From: Planctomycetota bacterium
GTDB taxonomy: Bacteria > Planctomycetota > MHYJ01 > WSZJ01
DNA length: 64,000 nucleotides
Direction: 5' to 3'
Assembly: GCA_038060895.1 (NCBI GenBank)
Contig: JBBTCT010000027.1
Coordinates: forward strand, 64,001 to 128,000
Translations under genes and position numbers: made by a program
In this document: in pieces, positions 17,840 to 26,738 of the stretch
How the letters are laid out: each line of letters starts with the position of its first letter
How positions within the stretch are numbered: the stretch's first letter is position 1
The notes under the pieces: model-generated
What the model saw: the letters and a program-made list of their open reading frames with translations, nothing else
Told to the model about the DNA's origin: nothing
Database searches by the model: none

Positions 17840-20074
17840 ATGCAAGACAACGATATCGCCCAGATTGCCGTGCAGGAGGGCTTGCTGTCCACCGTCGAGC
17901 TCGACCGGGTCCGCCGGGAAGTCTCGTCCGCGGGCGGCGGCGACCTCGTCTCGGCGCTTCTGTCGGCCGGGCTCCTGCGCACGACGGATGTCGACCGGAT
18001 CCGCCGCGACCGCGGAAACACGACGACGCGGATCCCCGGCGAAATCGTCTCGACCTCTCACAAGCGGATCGTGCCGGACGAGGTCACGGCGGCGGCGAAA
18101 GACCCGCGCAGCGAATTCGGGCGCTACACGCTTCTCGAAAAAATCGGCGCCGGCGGAATGGGAACCATCTGGAAAGCGTGGGACAACCTGCTCGGCCGCT
18201 GGGCGGCGATCAAGATGCTTCACGAAGAGCACGCCGTTCACGACGATCACCGCGAGCGCTTCCTGCGCGAGGCCCGCGCAGCGGCGCGGCTGGCGCACCC
18301 CAACATCGTGCAGGTGTACGAAGTCGGCGTTCAGGGAAACATCGTTTTTATCGCGCTCGAGTTCTGTCCCGGAGAGACGCTTCGACTCCGCATCGCCCAT
18401 CGCGCGACGGGCCCCGAGACGAGGCGCCGCATCGAGCTGGTGAGGCAGTCGGCGGAGGGGCTCGGCTCGGCGCACGCGGCGGGGATCACGCACCGCGACA
18501 TGAAGCCCGAGAACGTGCTTGTGCTGCCGACGCCGAAAGGCGGGCACGCGAAGGTCGTGGACTTCGGACTCGCCGTGGACAAGACCGCAGTCACGCGCCT
18601 GACCGTCGCCGGCGACGTCTTCGGCACGCCGGCTTACATGGCCCCGGAGCAGGCCCTCGGCCTGCAGGAAATCGTCGGCCCGCCCGCGGATGTCTTCGCC
18701 TGCGGATGCATCCTCTACGAGATCGTCACCGGGAAGCTGCCCTTCGAGGCCGACCAGGCCGCCGCCAGCGTCTACAACACGATCCACACGGATCCGCCGC
18801 CGATCTCCACGCTCGCGCCGAAAGTTCACCCGGATCTCGAGACGATCGTCTCGAAGTGCCTGGAGAAGGACCCGGAGCGCCGCTACCCGACGGCAAAGGA
18901 ACTCGCCGAGGACCTCGGGCACTACATGGCCGGCGAACCGATCGGCGCCCGCCCGGTCGGATTCGTCGGGCGCATGCGCCGACGCGCCGAGCGCAATCCC
19001 GCGCTGGCCGCCGCCCTTGCCGCCGCCGTCCTTCTCCCGGGCGCGCTCATCGGGATCTTCTGGTGGGAAACGAAGGCGCGTGACGAGAACATCTCCGTGT
19101 CTCTCGTGCAGGCGGCGCAGCTGGAAGAAGAGGCCGTCTCGAATCCCGCCCTGCTTCGCAGCGTCCGGGCTCTCTACGATTCCGTTCTTCGCGACGACCC
19201 CAGCAACGAAGACGCCCTCGCGGGTCTTGCGCGCGTCGCAAAGGCGCTTCAATCCCCCGAAGGCCGCGAGACGTCAGCGACCGCCGGGACCGGAGCGCGC
19301 CTGGCCGCGGAAGTCAGGTTGGCCATGCGGACGCGCGGCGGACTCGCCGCCGCCGAAGGAACCTGCAACACCCTGGTCTCGGGATTTCCCGACATTCCCT
19401 CGTCCTGGTATGCACGCGCCGAGCTCCGTTACCGGCTCGGACTGCCCGGCGCCGCCCTCGCGGATCTGGACTCGGCTCGCGACAATTGGGAAGAGGTGCC
19501 GGAAGCGCGGCACCTCCGGGTGATGTGCCTCATCGATCTCGTGCGAACCGAGGATGCCCGGCTGCTGGTTGCCCCTGAGGACGCCGAGGGCCCAGCGGCC
19601 GTCGAGCTCGCGGCGCTGCGGCTCCTGCAGGGACGCCGGGACGAAGCGCGTGCCGCCCTGGCGAAAGCCGGCGTCGCGACGGCGGAGTCGCTGTGGATCG
19701 AAGGGCGCCTGAAAGCACGCTCCGGCAGCTGGTCGGCCGGGGCGAAGGAGTTTGCGGCCGCCGCAGCCCTTGATCCGGGATTTGCCCCGGCCCACCTCGC
19801 GCTGGTTCTTGCAGCCCTTGAATCGGACGGCGCCGCGGCGGCTCTTCCGAAAGCCCGGCGTCTCGTCTCCGAAGCGCCCGGCCACGCGGTTGCCAGGGTC
19901 GTCCTGGCGAATCTCCTGCATGAGACCGGCGACCGCCCGGAGGCCGCGCATGAGGCGTGGCGGGCGGCGAGGATTCTTCCGTCGCCGCCGCTTCTGTCGC
20001 TGAGCGGAACCTACCGCCTGCTCGCCGGCGACGCGGAGGGAATTGCAGATCTGCTCGCCGCCGCGCCGCGCTGA
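17840..20074 (+). CDS. Ser/Thr protein kinase with TM helix and TPR-like C-terminus
   Basis: GAGGMG, AIK, HRDMKPEN, DFG, GTPAYMAPEQ. Confidence 0.93.
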   Translation: MQDNDIAQIAVQEGLLSTVELDRVRREVSSAGGGDLVSALLSAGLLRTTDVDRIRRDRGNTTTRIPGEIVSTSHKRIVPDEVTAAAKDPRSEFGRYTLLEKIGAGGMGTIWKAWDNLLGRWAAIKMLHEEHAVHDDHRERFLREARAAARLAHPNIVQVYEVGVQGNIVFIALEFCPGETLRLRIAHRATGPETRRRIELVRQSAEGLGSAHAAGITHRDMKPENVLVLPTPKGGHAKVVDFGLAVDKTAVTRLTVAGDVFGTPAYMAPEQALGLQEIVGPPADVFACGCILYEIVTGKLPFEADQAAASVYNTIHTDPPPISTLAPKVHPDLETIVSKCLEKDPERRYPTAKELAEDLGHYMAGEPIGARPVGFVGRMRRRAERNPALAAALAAAVLLPGALIGIFWWETKARDENISVSLVQAAQLEEEAVSNPALLRSVRALYDSVLRDDPSNEDALAGLARVAKALQSPEGRETSATAGTGARLAAEVRLAMRTRGGLAAAEGTCNTLVSGFPDIPSSWYARAELRYRLGLPGAALADLDSARDNWEEVPEARHLRVMCLIDLVRTEDARLLVAPEDAEGPAAVELAALRLLQGRRDEARAALAKAGVATAESLWIEGRLKARSGSWSAGAKEFAAAAALDPGFAPAHLALVLAALESDGAAAALPKARRLVSEAPGHAVARVVLANLLHETGDRPEAAHEAWRAARILPSPPLLSLSGTYRLLAGDAEGIADLLAAAPR

Positions 20075-20170
20075 GCACAAGCACCAGGCCGCCATTTGGC
20101 CGCTCGCTGGACATTCGGGTGAATCGCCAGTAGATTCGCGCGACGCCTTGCGCCGAGAGGAAACGCCACG

Positions 20171-21313
20171 ATGGTCGATCTTTCCCTGACAGAAGAGCAG
20201 AAGGAAATCCGCGAGCTGGCGAAGAAATTCGCACAGACCGAGATCCTGCCGGTCGCGCGCAAGTTCGACGAGTCACACGAGTTCCCGCATGAGATCTTTC
20301 GCAAGGCCCTCGAGGTCGGCCTCCTGAACGTCAATGTCCCGGCGGAATACGGCGGGACCGGGCTGGGGCTGATGGAAGAAGTGCTGATCAACGAGGAACT
20401 GGGCTGGGCCTGCAGCGGCGTGGCGGCGTCGATGGAAGTGAACAACCTGTCGAACTGGCCGATCCTGCTGAGCGGTTCCGAGGAGACGAAGAAACGATTT
20501 CTTCCGAAGGTCGTCGAGGGCTGGCGTGGAGCCTATGCGCTGACCGAGCCTGAGGCGGGCAGCGACGTCGCGGGGATCCAGACGACGGCCAAGCGCGACG
20601 GCGACTCGTACATCATCAACGGCTCGAAGCAGTTCATCACCAACGGCTCGGTTGCCGACTTCTACTGCGTCTTCGCCTACACGGACAAGGCCGCCCGGTA
20701 CGGCGGGATGTCCTGCTTCCTCGTCGAGCGCGGCATGGCAGGCGTGCGCGTCGGCAAGAAGGAAGACAAGATGGGCCAGCGCGCGAGCGACACCGTCTCG
20801 ATGCACTTCGAGGACGTCCGCATCCCGAAGGCCAACCTGCTCGGCAAGGAAGGCGACGGGTTCTCGATCGCCATGCACGTCTTCGACCGCTCGCGCCCTG
20901 CGATCTCCGCGATCGCCGTCGGGGTGGCGCGCCGCGCGATGGAGGAATCGATCAAGTACGCGACCGAGCGCAAGGCGTTCGGCAAGCCCCTTTACGAGCA
21001 GCAGGGGATCTCCTTCATGATCGCCGACATGGCGATCAACATTGAGGCCGCGCGCCTTCTCGTCTGGCACTCCGCCGTGATGCCCGAACGGGGTGAGAAG
21101 AGCGCGAAGGAAGCGGCAATTGCAAAAGCGTTCGCGGCGGACATGTGCATGAAGGTGACGACCGATGCCGTTCAGGTCTTCGGCGGCTACGGGTATTCGC
21201 GCGAGTATCCCGTCGAGAAGCTCATGCGCGACGCGAAGATCTTCCAGATCTACGAAGGCACGAGCCAGATTCAGCGCGTCATCATTGCAAGGGAACTGTT
21301 CAAGCCGCGCTAA
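20171..21313 (+). CDS. Acyl-CoA dehydrogenase
   Basis: ALTEPEAGSD, NGSKQFITN, QVFGGYGYSREYPVEKLMRDAKIFQIYEGT. Confidence 0.95.
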   Translation: MVDLSLTEEQKEIRELAKKFAQTEILPVARKFDESHEFPHEIFRKALEVGLLNVNVPAEYGGTGLGLMEEVLINEELGWACSGVAASMEVNNLSNWPILLSGSEETKKRFLPKVVEGWRGAYALTEPEAGSDVAGIQTTAKRDGDSYIINGSKQFITNGSVADFYCVFAYTDKAARYGGMSCFLVERGMAGVRVGKKEDKMGQRASDTVSMHFEDVRIPKANLLGKEGDGFSIAMHVFDRSRPAISAIAVGVARRAMEESIKYATERKAFGKPLYEQQGISFMIADMAINIEAARLLVWHSAVMPERGEKSAKEAAIAKAFAADMCMKVTTDAVQVFGGYGYSREYPVEKLMRDAKIFQIYEGTSQIQRVIIARELFKPR

Positions 21314-21323
21314 GGGGACCGCC

Positions 21324-21659
21324 ATGTTCGTCGCGATGAACGTCTTCACCTGCGAGGATGAGGCTTCCGCCCGGAACCTTGAAGCGATGTTCCTGAAGCG
21401 CTCCGGGTTGGTGGACCAGCAGCCGGGCTTCCTGTCGTTCGCATTCCTCAAGTGCGCCGAGAATCCGCTGCGCCTGATTTCCATGTCGCACTGGAATTCG
21501 AAGGAGGAGTTCGAGGCATGGACGAAGTCGCAGGCGTTTGAAAAGGGACACCAGAGGGCGAAAGAGTCCGGGAAGCCGTCGCCCCACGGTGCGATGAAAG
21601 TGGCGAATGCGCTGGAGACTTATGAAGTGGTCAGTCACTCCGTGAAGGGGAGAGAATAG
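21324..21659 (+). CDS. Antibiotic-biosynthesis-monooxygenase (IsdG/HmoA-like) family protein
   Basis: MFVAMN..F.KR..PGF..WNSKEEFEAWTKSQAF..GH. Confidence 0.85.
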   Translation: MFVAMNVFTCEDEASARNLEAMFLKRSGLVDQQPGFLSFAFLKCAENPLRLISMSHWNSKEEFEAWTKSQAFEKGHQRAKESGKPSPHGAMKVANALETYEVVSHSVKGRE

Positions 21660-21752
21660 TAGGTAGTGGGTAGGAGGCAGAAAAAGGCCCTAGGAGATCG
21701 GGCGGGGGTCGTTAGAATCGGGGACCGCCACTTAACGGGGTTACCTATTGCC

Positions 21753-22115
21753 ATGACGGACCTGATCTGGATCGTCGCGCTGACGGCTGCCTTCGAGGCG
21801 GTCACTTGCGCGTTTCGCTGGGGGTTCGACATGCAGTCGACCCGCGACACCGCCTTTCTTGCGCCGCTCACCTTGGGGGTGCGGATCCACCACGGCTACG
21901 TCGGCGCCGTTTCCTCCCTCGGGGCGGTCGCCATTCCTTCCGGCGGTCCGCTCGCGGCCTGGGCGCTGCGCATCGGAGTCGCGCTCCTCGTCTCGGACCT
22001 GATCCACCACTTCATCGTCCTTCACTGGACGACGGGAGACCCGCAGTTCGACCTGACCTACCCGCAACTGGCCGTCGTCGAGGCCGAGCGCGAGGCCCAG
22101 GAAGCGCGCGGTTGA
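21753..22115 (+). CDS. Small membrane protein
   Basis: Three hydrophobic segments with RIHHGY and SDLIHHF motifs. Confidence 0.7.
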   Translation: MTDLIWIVALTAAFEAVTCAFRWGFDMQSTRDTAFLAPLTLGVRIHHGYVGAVSSLGAVAIPSGGPLAAWALRIGVALLVSDLIHHFIVLHWTTGDPQFDLTYPQLAVVEAEREAQEARG

Positions 22116-22137
22116 CGGCCCGGCCGTTCCGGACCGC

Positions 22138-22446
22138 TCAACGCATCTCGTCAAGGTACGCGCGGTACATGTCCGGGTCCTCGTAGCCGCAGGCGTCGCA
22201 AACGACACCGACCGGGTTCTTCGCATCCGGCCGACGCAGCGCGGGCTTTCCGCAGCGCGGACATTTCGTGTCGCCCCATGAGGGATAGAGCGTGCATACG
22301 AGGATGTACACGAATGGCACCAGGACCGCCACCGTGCAGAGGATCGCCCCGGCCGCCATCGGCCACTTCGTCGCCAGCCACACCACACCGCCCGCGACGG
22401 CGATCCAGGTGACGGCCATCAGCAGGCCGCGCAGGTACATTTTCAC
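22138..22446 (-). CDS. Two-TM protein with C-terminal zinc ribbon
   Basis: Hydrophobic N-terminus; CPRC...CDAC. Confidence 0.7.
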   Translation of the reverse strand: MKMYLRGLLMAVTWIAVAGGVVWLATKWPMAAGAILCTVAVLVPFVYILVCTLYPSWGDTKCPRCGKPALRRPDAKNPVGVVCDACGYEDPDMYRAYLDEMR

Positions 22447-22455
22447 GCGGCGATT

Positions 22456-23472
22456 CTATGCCGGCCCGCCCAGACCCTCAACCGGGCGGCTGTTGCAGGT
22501 CAGCCAGAAGAGCACCCGCTTTCCCTGGAATTCCGGCGCCATTGCTTTGACCGCGCCGAGCGCCTTGGCCGTATACGTGCTCTCCGCTTTGAGTCCTTCC
22601 AGATCCGCCAGCTCGCGTGCGGCCTCATCTCCGGCCGGCGTCGCGATCCCGTACCCCTTCCCGATGAAGTCGTGCATGACACGGAAATCCCTGGCGCGGA
22701 CGCCGATTGCCGCCGAAGCGTCTCCGGAGCGGCGGGCGAGAAGTGCCGCGGCGCGGCGGGCCAGGCGCGCCGTGAACGTGGCGTTCGAAATAATGCGGTC
22801 GGCGACGCGCACCCCGACGACCTCCGAGTCCATCCCCGCAAGCCGCAGCCCGGCGTGAACGCCCGCCAGCGTGCCGCCCGTTCCTAGCGCCACGACCACG
22901 ACGTCCGGGCGCGGCATCTCCCCGCGCTTGACCTGCCCCGCGAGCTCCAGCCCCGCGTTGATGTACCCCAGCGTCGAAAGCGCCGAGGAACCGCCCGGCG
23001 GCATCACGTACGTCCGCCGGTTTGAAATGAGCCGCACGAGCCCGTGGAACGGAACCGTGACGACGCTGCGCGTCACTTTCGACGACCGTGCAAGTCCCCG
23101 CGCCAGGTCGAGGTTCTTCTTCAGATAAGCGTTCAGCGGGCGCTTGAAAAGCAGCAGGTCCACCGGGATGCCAAATCGCTTCCCGTAGTGCGCGACGGCA
23201 ACCGCCCAGTTCGACCCTGTCACGGCGTAGGCCCAGATGCCGGAAGCGCGCGCCTTCGCTTCCGCGAGCAGAAACTCGAGCTTGCGCACCTTGTTGCCGC
23301 CGAATTCCTCGCCCGTCACGTCGTCGCGCTTCACCCAGAGATCCATCCCCCAGGCCGCGCCGAGCGCCCTCAGCGGTGCAACCGGCGTCGGAAATGCCCC
23401 GATCTCGACAATCGGCGCCGCCTCCGCGAGCCGGGGATATCGCTCAAAGAGGGGACGGTTCACACGGGCCAT
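22456..23472 (-). CDS. PLP enzyme, ACC deaminase/D-cysteine desulfhydrase family
   Basis: PTP, WVKRDD, GGNKVRKLEFLL, GTGGTLAG, ESTYTAKA. Confidence 0.88.
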   Translation of the reverse strand: MARVNRPLFERYPRLAEAAPIVEIGAFPTPVAPLRALGAAWGMDLWVKRDDVTGEEFGGNKVRKLEFLLAEAKARASGIWAYAVTGSNWAVAVAHYGKRFGIPVDLLLFKRPLNAYLKKNLDLARGLARSSKVTRSVVTVPFHGLVRLISNRRTYVMPPGGSSALSTLGYINAGLELAGQVKRGEMPRPDVVVVALGTGGTLAGVHAGLRLAGMDSEVVGVRVADRIISNATFTARLARRAAALLARRSGDASAAIGVRARDFRVMHDFIGKGYGIATPAGDEAARELADLEGLKAESTYTAKALGAVKAMAPEFQGKRVLFWLTCNSRPVEGLGGPA

Positions 23473-24896
23473 TTCCCGGGGTTCAGCACTCCGGCCGGGT
23501 CGAGGGCCGCACGGACGCGTTTGAGCATCTCCTTGAAGCCGGCGTCGATTTTCGATCCGTGCTCACGGAAAACCCACTCGGGGGTCTTGTAGGGGATGAA
23601 GCCCATGGGGAGCAGCGCTTCGACGAGGGCAGCGTTGAGCTTTGCGACCGCCTCGACTTCGGCGGGCTTGTCGCGGTCAAACGTCTCGATGAGGCGGAGG
23701 ACGCCGAAATGGCCCTGGGCCATCGGGCGCGCGACCGCGAAGGGCGGAAAATGGTGTTCTTCCATGATGCGGACGCTGACTTCCGTGGCGTCGTCCCACT
23801 TGCTCGTCGGCCCGTAGGTCCCGACCCACGAAAGACCGCCTCCCGGGTGGTCGAGCATGAAGTCGAGGCGCGTCGGGAACTCCGCGAGCTTCTGGAAAGC
23901 GGGTTCGATCTTCACGAGGTCGCGCACGTCGAGCGGACCCTGCCACGGGTGGCCCGCCTTTCGTCCCGCATCGAGCGTCTCCTCGAGGATCGAGAGCCGC
24001 AGGTCCATTTCAGCCTGCCGGTTCGACGACACGTCGAGGTAGATCATTGCGAGCGGTTCGCCGGCGCCGCGCCACGTCGGCCTTCGCTCGCCGAACAGCA
24101 TCTTTGCGACGGGCCAGGTGAGCAGCCCGATGTCGTCGCAGATTTCCTCGCGCACGAGCGCACGGATCGTCGTGAAGCAGGCGCGCAGGTCGTAACCCAT
24201 CATGAAAAACCGCCGGCGCAGCCGCTTCCCGTGCTGCAACCGGATCGACGCCTTCGTCACGATTCCCGTCGTTCCGTGCATGTTGACGAACAGCCCCGTG
24301 AGGTCGGGCATCGGGGCGGAGGAACACCACTGCGTCGTGGACCACGCCGCCGCGCCGGTCCGCACCACCGTGCCGTCGGCGAGAACCGCTTCCACTCCGT
24401 TGAGCCAGTCGGACGATGTCCCGAAGCGAAGCGACAGGTTGAGCAGCCCGTCCATCAGGGCGTTTGCGAGGACCGAGGTGTCGGGCGGGGACAGGGAATA
24501 GGCGAAGCGCGTCTGCGGGTAGTTCCGGTCGAGGTGTTCCTTGACCTGCCGCCACGTCACGCCCGGCTCGACCACCATGTACAGGTCGTCCGGGTTGACC
24601 TCGAGGATGCGGTTCATGCCGGTCATGTCGAGAAGGATGCCGCCCTTCGACGGAAGCGCGAGCCCGCCGACGTTCGTGTTGAAGAGCACGGGGACCACAG
24701 GGACGCGCTCGGTGGTCGCGAAACGCAGGATGGACTGGACATGCTCGACCCCCGCGGGCCGGACGATCACGTCCGGCGGCGTCCCCCGGATTTCCGTCAG
24801 GTCGCGCGCCGCTTCCCGCAGTTTTGCCGCGTCCGTCGAGACGCGATCGGGGCCGACAAGCGCGGCGAGACGGGAGGCGAGGTCCGGATGTGGCAT
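23460..24896 (-). CDS. FAD-binding oxidoreductase (GlcD/VAO family)
   Basis: MNRILEVN, VEPGVT, GTTGIVTK, ALDPAGVLNPGK. Confidence 0.88.
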   Translation of the reverse strand: MPHPDLASRLAALVGPDRVSTDAAKLREAARDLTEIRGTPPDVIVRPAGVEHVQSILRFATTERVPVVPVLFNTNVGGLALPSKGGILLDMTGMNRILEVNPDDLYMVVEPGVTWRQVKEHLDRNYPQTRFAYSLSPPDTSVLANALMDGLLNLSLRFGTSSDWLNGVEAVLADGTVVRTGAAAWSTTQWCSSAPMPDLTGLFVNMHGTTGIVTKASIRLQHGKRLRRRFFMMGYDLRACFTTIRALVREEICDDIGLLTWPVAKMLFGERRPTWRGAGEPLAMIYLDVSSNRQAEMDLRLSILEETLDAGRKAGHPWQGPLDVRDLVKIEPAFQKLAEFPTRLDFMLDHPGGGLSWVGTYGPTSKWDDATEVSVRIMEEHHFPPFAVARPMAQGHFGVLRLIETFDRDKPAEVEAVAKLNAALVEALLPMGFIPYKTPEWVFREHGSKIDAGFKEMLKRVRAALDPAGVLNPGKWPV

Positions 24897-24964
24897 CGGC
24901 GGAGTATAGCCGCCTCCTGCGACTCAACCTGCGGGGCATCAAAAGTCGATTAACAGGCAGGAAC

Positions 24965-25336
24965 TTACCGCCGCTTCGCCCGTCCGGACCGGAGTTGCGC
25001 CAGTCCCTCCGCCATGAGCGCCGAAACCCAGGAAGAATCGATCGAGTACACGACCCGGAGGCCCTCCGAGCGTGCCGCGAGGACCCCCAGGATGGCCATG
25101 AGCCTCAGCTGGTTGGAGACGGCGGTCACTTTCATGCGAAGAGCGTCGGCGACGCCCTGCACGTGCAGTTCTCCGGCTCCGGCGAGGGCGTGGAGGATCC
25201 GCAGGCGCGTCGGGGAGCTCAGCAGTCCGAACATGTCGGCCAGTTTGCGGACGTGCGAGGCGTCGATCCGCGAGGGGAGCGTCGAGGATCCCTTAGAGGG
25301 AACAGGTGCGGGGGAAGGGCGGTGGTGGGGGTGCAT
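24965..25336 (-). CDS. ArsR/SmtB-family regulator (start uncertain)
   Basis: FGLLSSPTRLRIL..ELHV..AVSNQLR..G..V.Y. Confidence 0.8.
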   Translation of the reverse strand: MHPHHRPSPAPVPSKGSSTLPSRIDASHVRKLADMFGLLSSPTRLRILHALAGAGELHVQGVADALRMKVTAVSNQLRLMAILGVLAARSEGLRVVYSIDSSWVSALMAEGLAQLRSGRAKRR

Positions 25337-25410
25337 GAAGGGGTGCTTCTAATGATCCATGGAAGAGTGGAATAGGCAGAACGCGCAGCGGATTGGATGG
25401 CGCAGGAATT

Positions 25411-25773
25411 TCACTTCCGCGCGGCCGCCAGGACGGCGAGAAGCTTCAGGAGGGCGAACGGGTTTCCGCCCCAGGCGAGGCGTCCCTCGAGCCAGGGTCG
25501 CACGACGGCGCCGCGCAGGCAGACTTCAAGCAGGTCGCCCATGCCGCCGCCGACCCAGGCGCGGCAACCTTCGCGGCCGGGGGAGAGGGTGACGGCTGTG
25601 TCGCCGAATTCGGCGGTGATGGACATGCCGGCCATTTCGACCCCGATGCGGCCCAGTCCGGCGATCTTGCGGGCGACCCCGGAGTCGGCGAGGCCGCGGC
25701 GGAGGATGGAAGCGAAGATGTGGGAGAGGAGGCTGACCTGGTCGGGGTTGGCGAAGCGGACGTCCACGGTCAC
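25411..25773 (-). CDS. SCP2 (sterol carrier)-like small protein
   Basis: GTGA overlap with the upstream gene; C-terminal WLEGRLAWGGNPFALLKL resembles the SCP2 GxLxxxG motif. Confidence 0.6.
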   Translation of the reverse strand: MTVDVRFANPDQVSLLSHIFASILRRGLADSGVARKIAGLGRIGVEMAGMSITAEFGDTAVTLSPGREGCRAWVGGGMGDLLEVCLRGAVVRPWLEGRLAWGGNPFALLKLLAVLAAARK

Positions 25774-26738
25774 CTCGGCAGGAAGGAGCGGATCGCCTGC
25801 GCGACGGCGGCCTTCGCCATGGGAATTTTCCAGGCGTTCTGGGACATCGGCTTTGCGCCTTCGACGGCCGAGTTCGACGCCGGCTCGACCGCGTCGGCGA
25901 TCGTGTTTTTCAGGAGATTGGCCTCCGCAGAGGCGGATCGCCACGGAATTGGCGCCACGCCGCCGAGGACGACACGGGCTTCGGTGAAATGGTCTCCCTC
26001 GATTTTTCCTGCGATCGCGCATGCGGCGATGGCGAAGTCGAAGGAGTCCTTTTCCCGGAGTTTGACGAACGTGGAACGGGAAGGCGCCGCCGGCACTTCG
26101 ACGGCCTCGATGAACTCGCCGGGCTTCAGCGTGAACTCGCACAGCGCATTTTTCGAGGGCAAATCGTAGAAGTCCGCGATCGGGAGGTCGCGCGCGCCCG
26201 CGGGGCCGCGAAGGAAGAGGCGCGCGTCGAGCGCGACAAGCATCGGGGCGCAGTCGCTCGGGTGGACGATGTAACAGGGACCGCCGCCGAGAATCGCGAG
26301 GTATCGGTTCTCTCCCTTTTCCGCCGGGCAGCCTTTCCCGCCCTTCTTGACGCACCCGAAATCTGCCGAGCGGTAGTACCAGCACCGCGGCCGCTGCGCG
26401 AGATTGCCGCCGATGGTCCCCTGGTTGCGGATCTGCGGCGTCGCAACCGCCGCGGCCGCTTCGGCAAGTCCCGGCAGATCCTTCCGCAGGTCGGCGTGGT
26501 CGGCGATGTCGGTGAGAAGCGCTGTCGCGCCGATGCGCCAGCCACGCTCGGCCTTCTGGATCCTGTCGAGGCCCGGGATCGAGCGCAGGTTGACGACGTG
26601 CTCGGGGGAGCGGATCCCCTCCTTCATTTCTCCCAGGAGATCGACGCCGCCGCCCAGCGCCATCGCCCCCTTTTTCGAGAGCAGCGTCGCAGCTTCCTCG
26701 GCGGTACGGGCGTCCCAGAAGGTGAAGGGGCTTGTCAT
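25770..26738 (-). CDS. Xanthine dehydrogenase family FAD-binding subunit (PaoB/YagS-like)
   Basis: GGGVDL, ATPQIRNQGTIGGNL.QRPRCWYYR..C.KKGG..C..C..HPSD. Confidence 0.9.
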   Translation of the reverse strand: MTSPFTFWDARTAEEAATLLSKKGAMALGGGVDLLGEMKEGIRSPEHVVNLRSIPGLDRIQKAERGWRIGATALLTDIADHADLRKDLPGLAEAAAAVATPQIRNQGTIGGNLAQRPRCWYYRSADFGCVKKGGKGCPAEKGENRYLAILGGGPCYIVHPSDCAPMLVALDARLFLRGPAGARDLPIADFYDLPSKNALCEFTLKPGEFIEAVEVPAAPSRSTFVKLREKDSFDFAIAACAIAGKIEGDHFTEARVVLGGVAPIPWRSASAEANLLKNTIADAVEPASNSAVEGAKPMSQNAWKIPMAKAAVAQAIRSFLPR

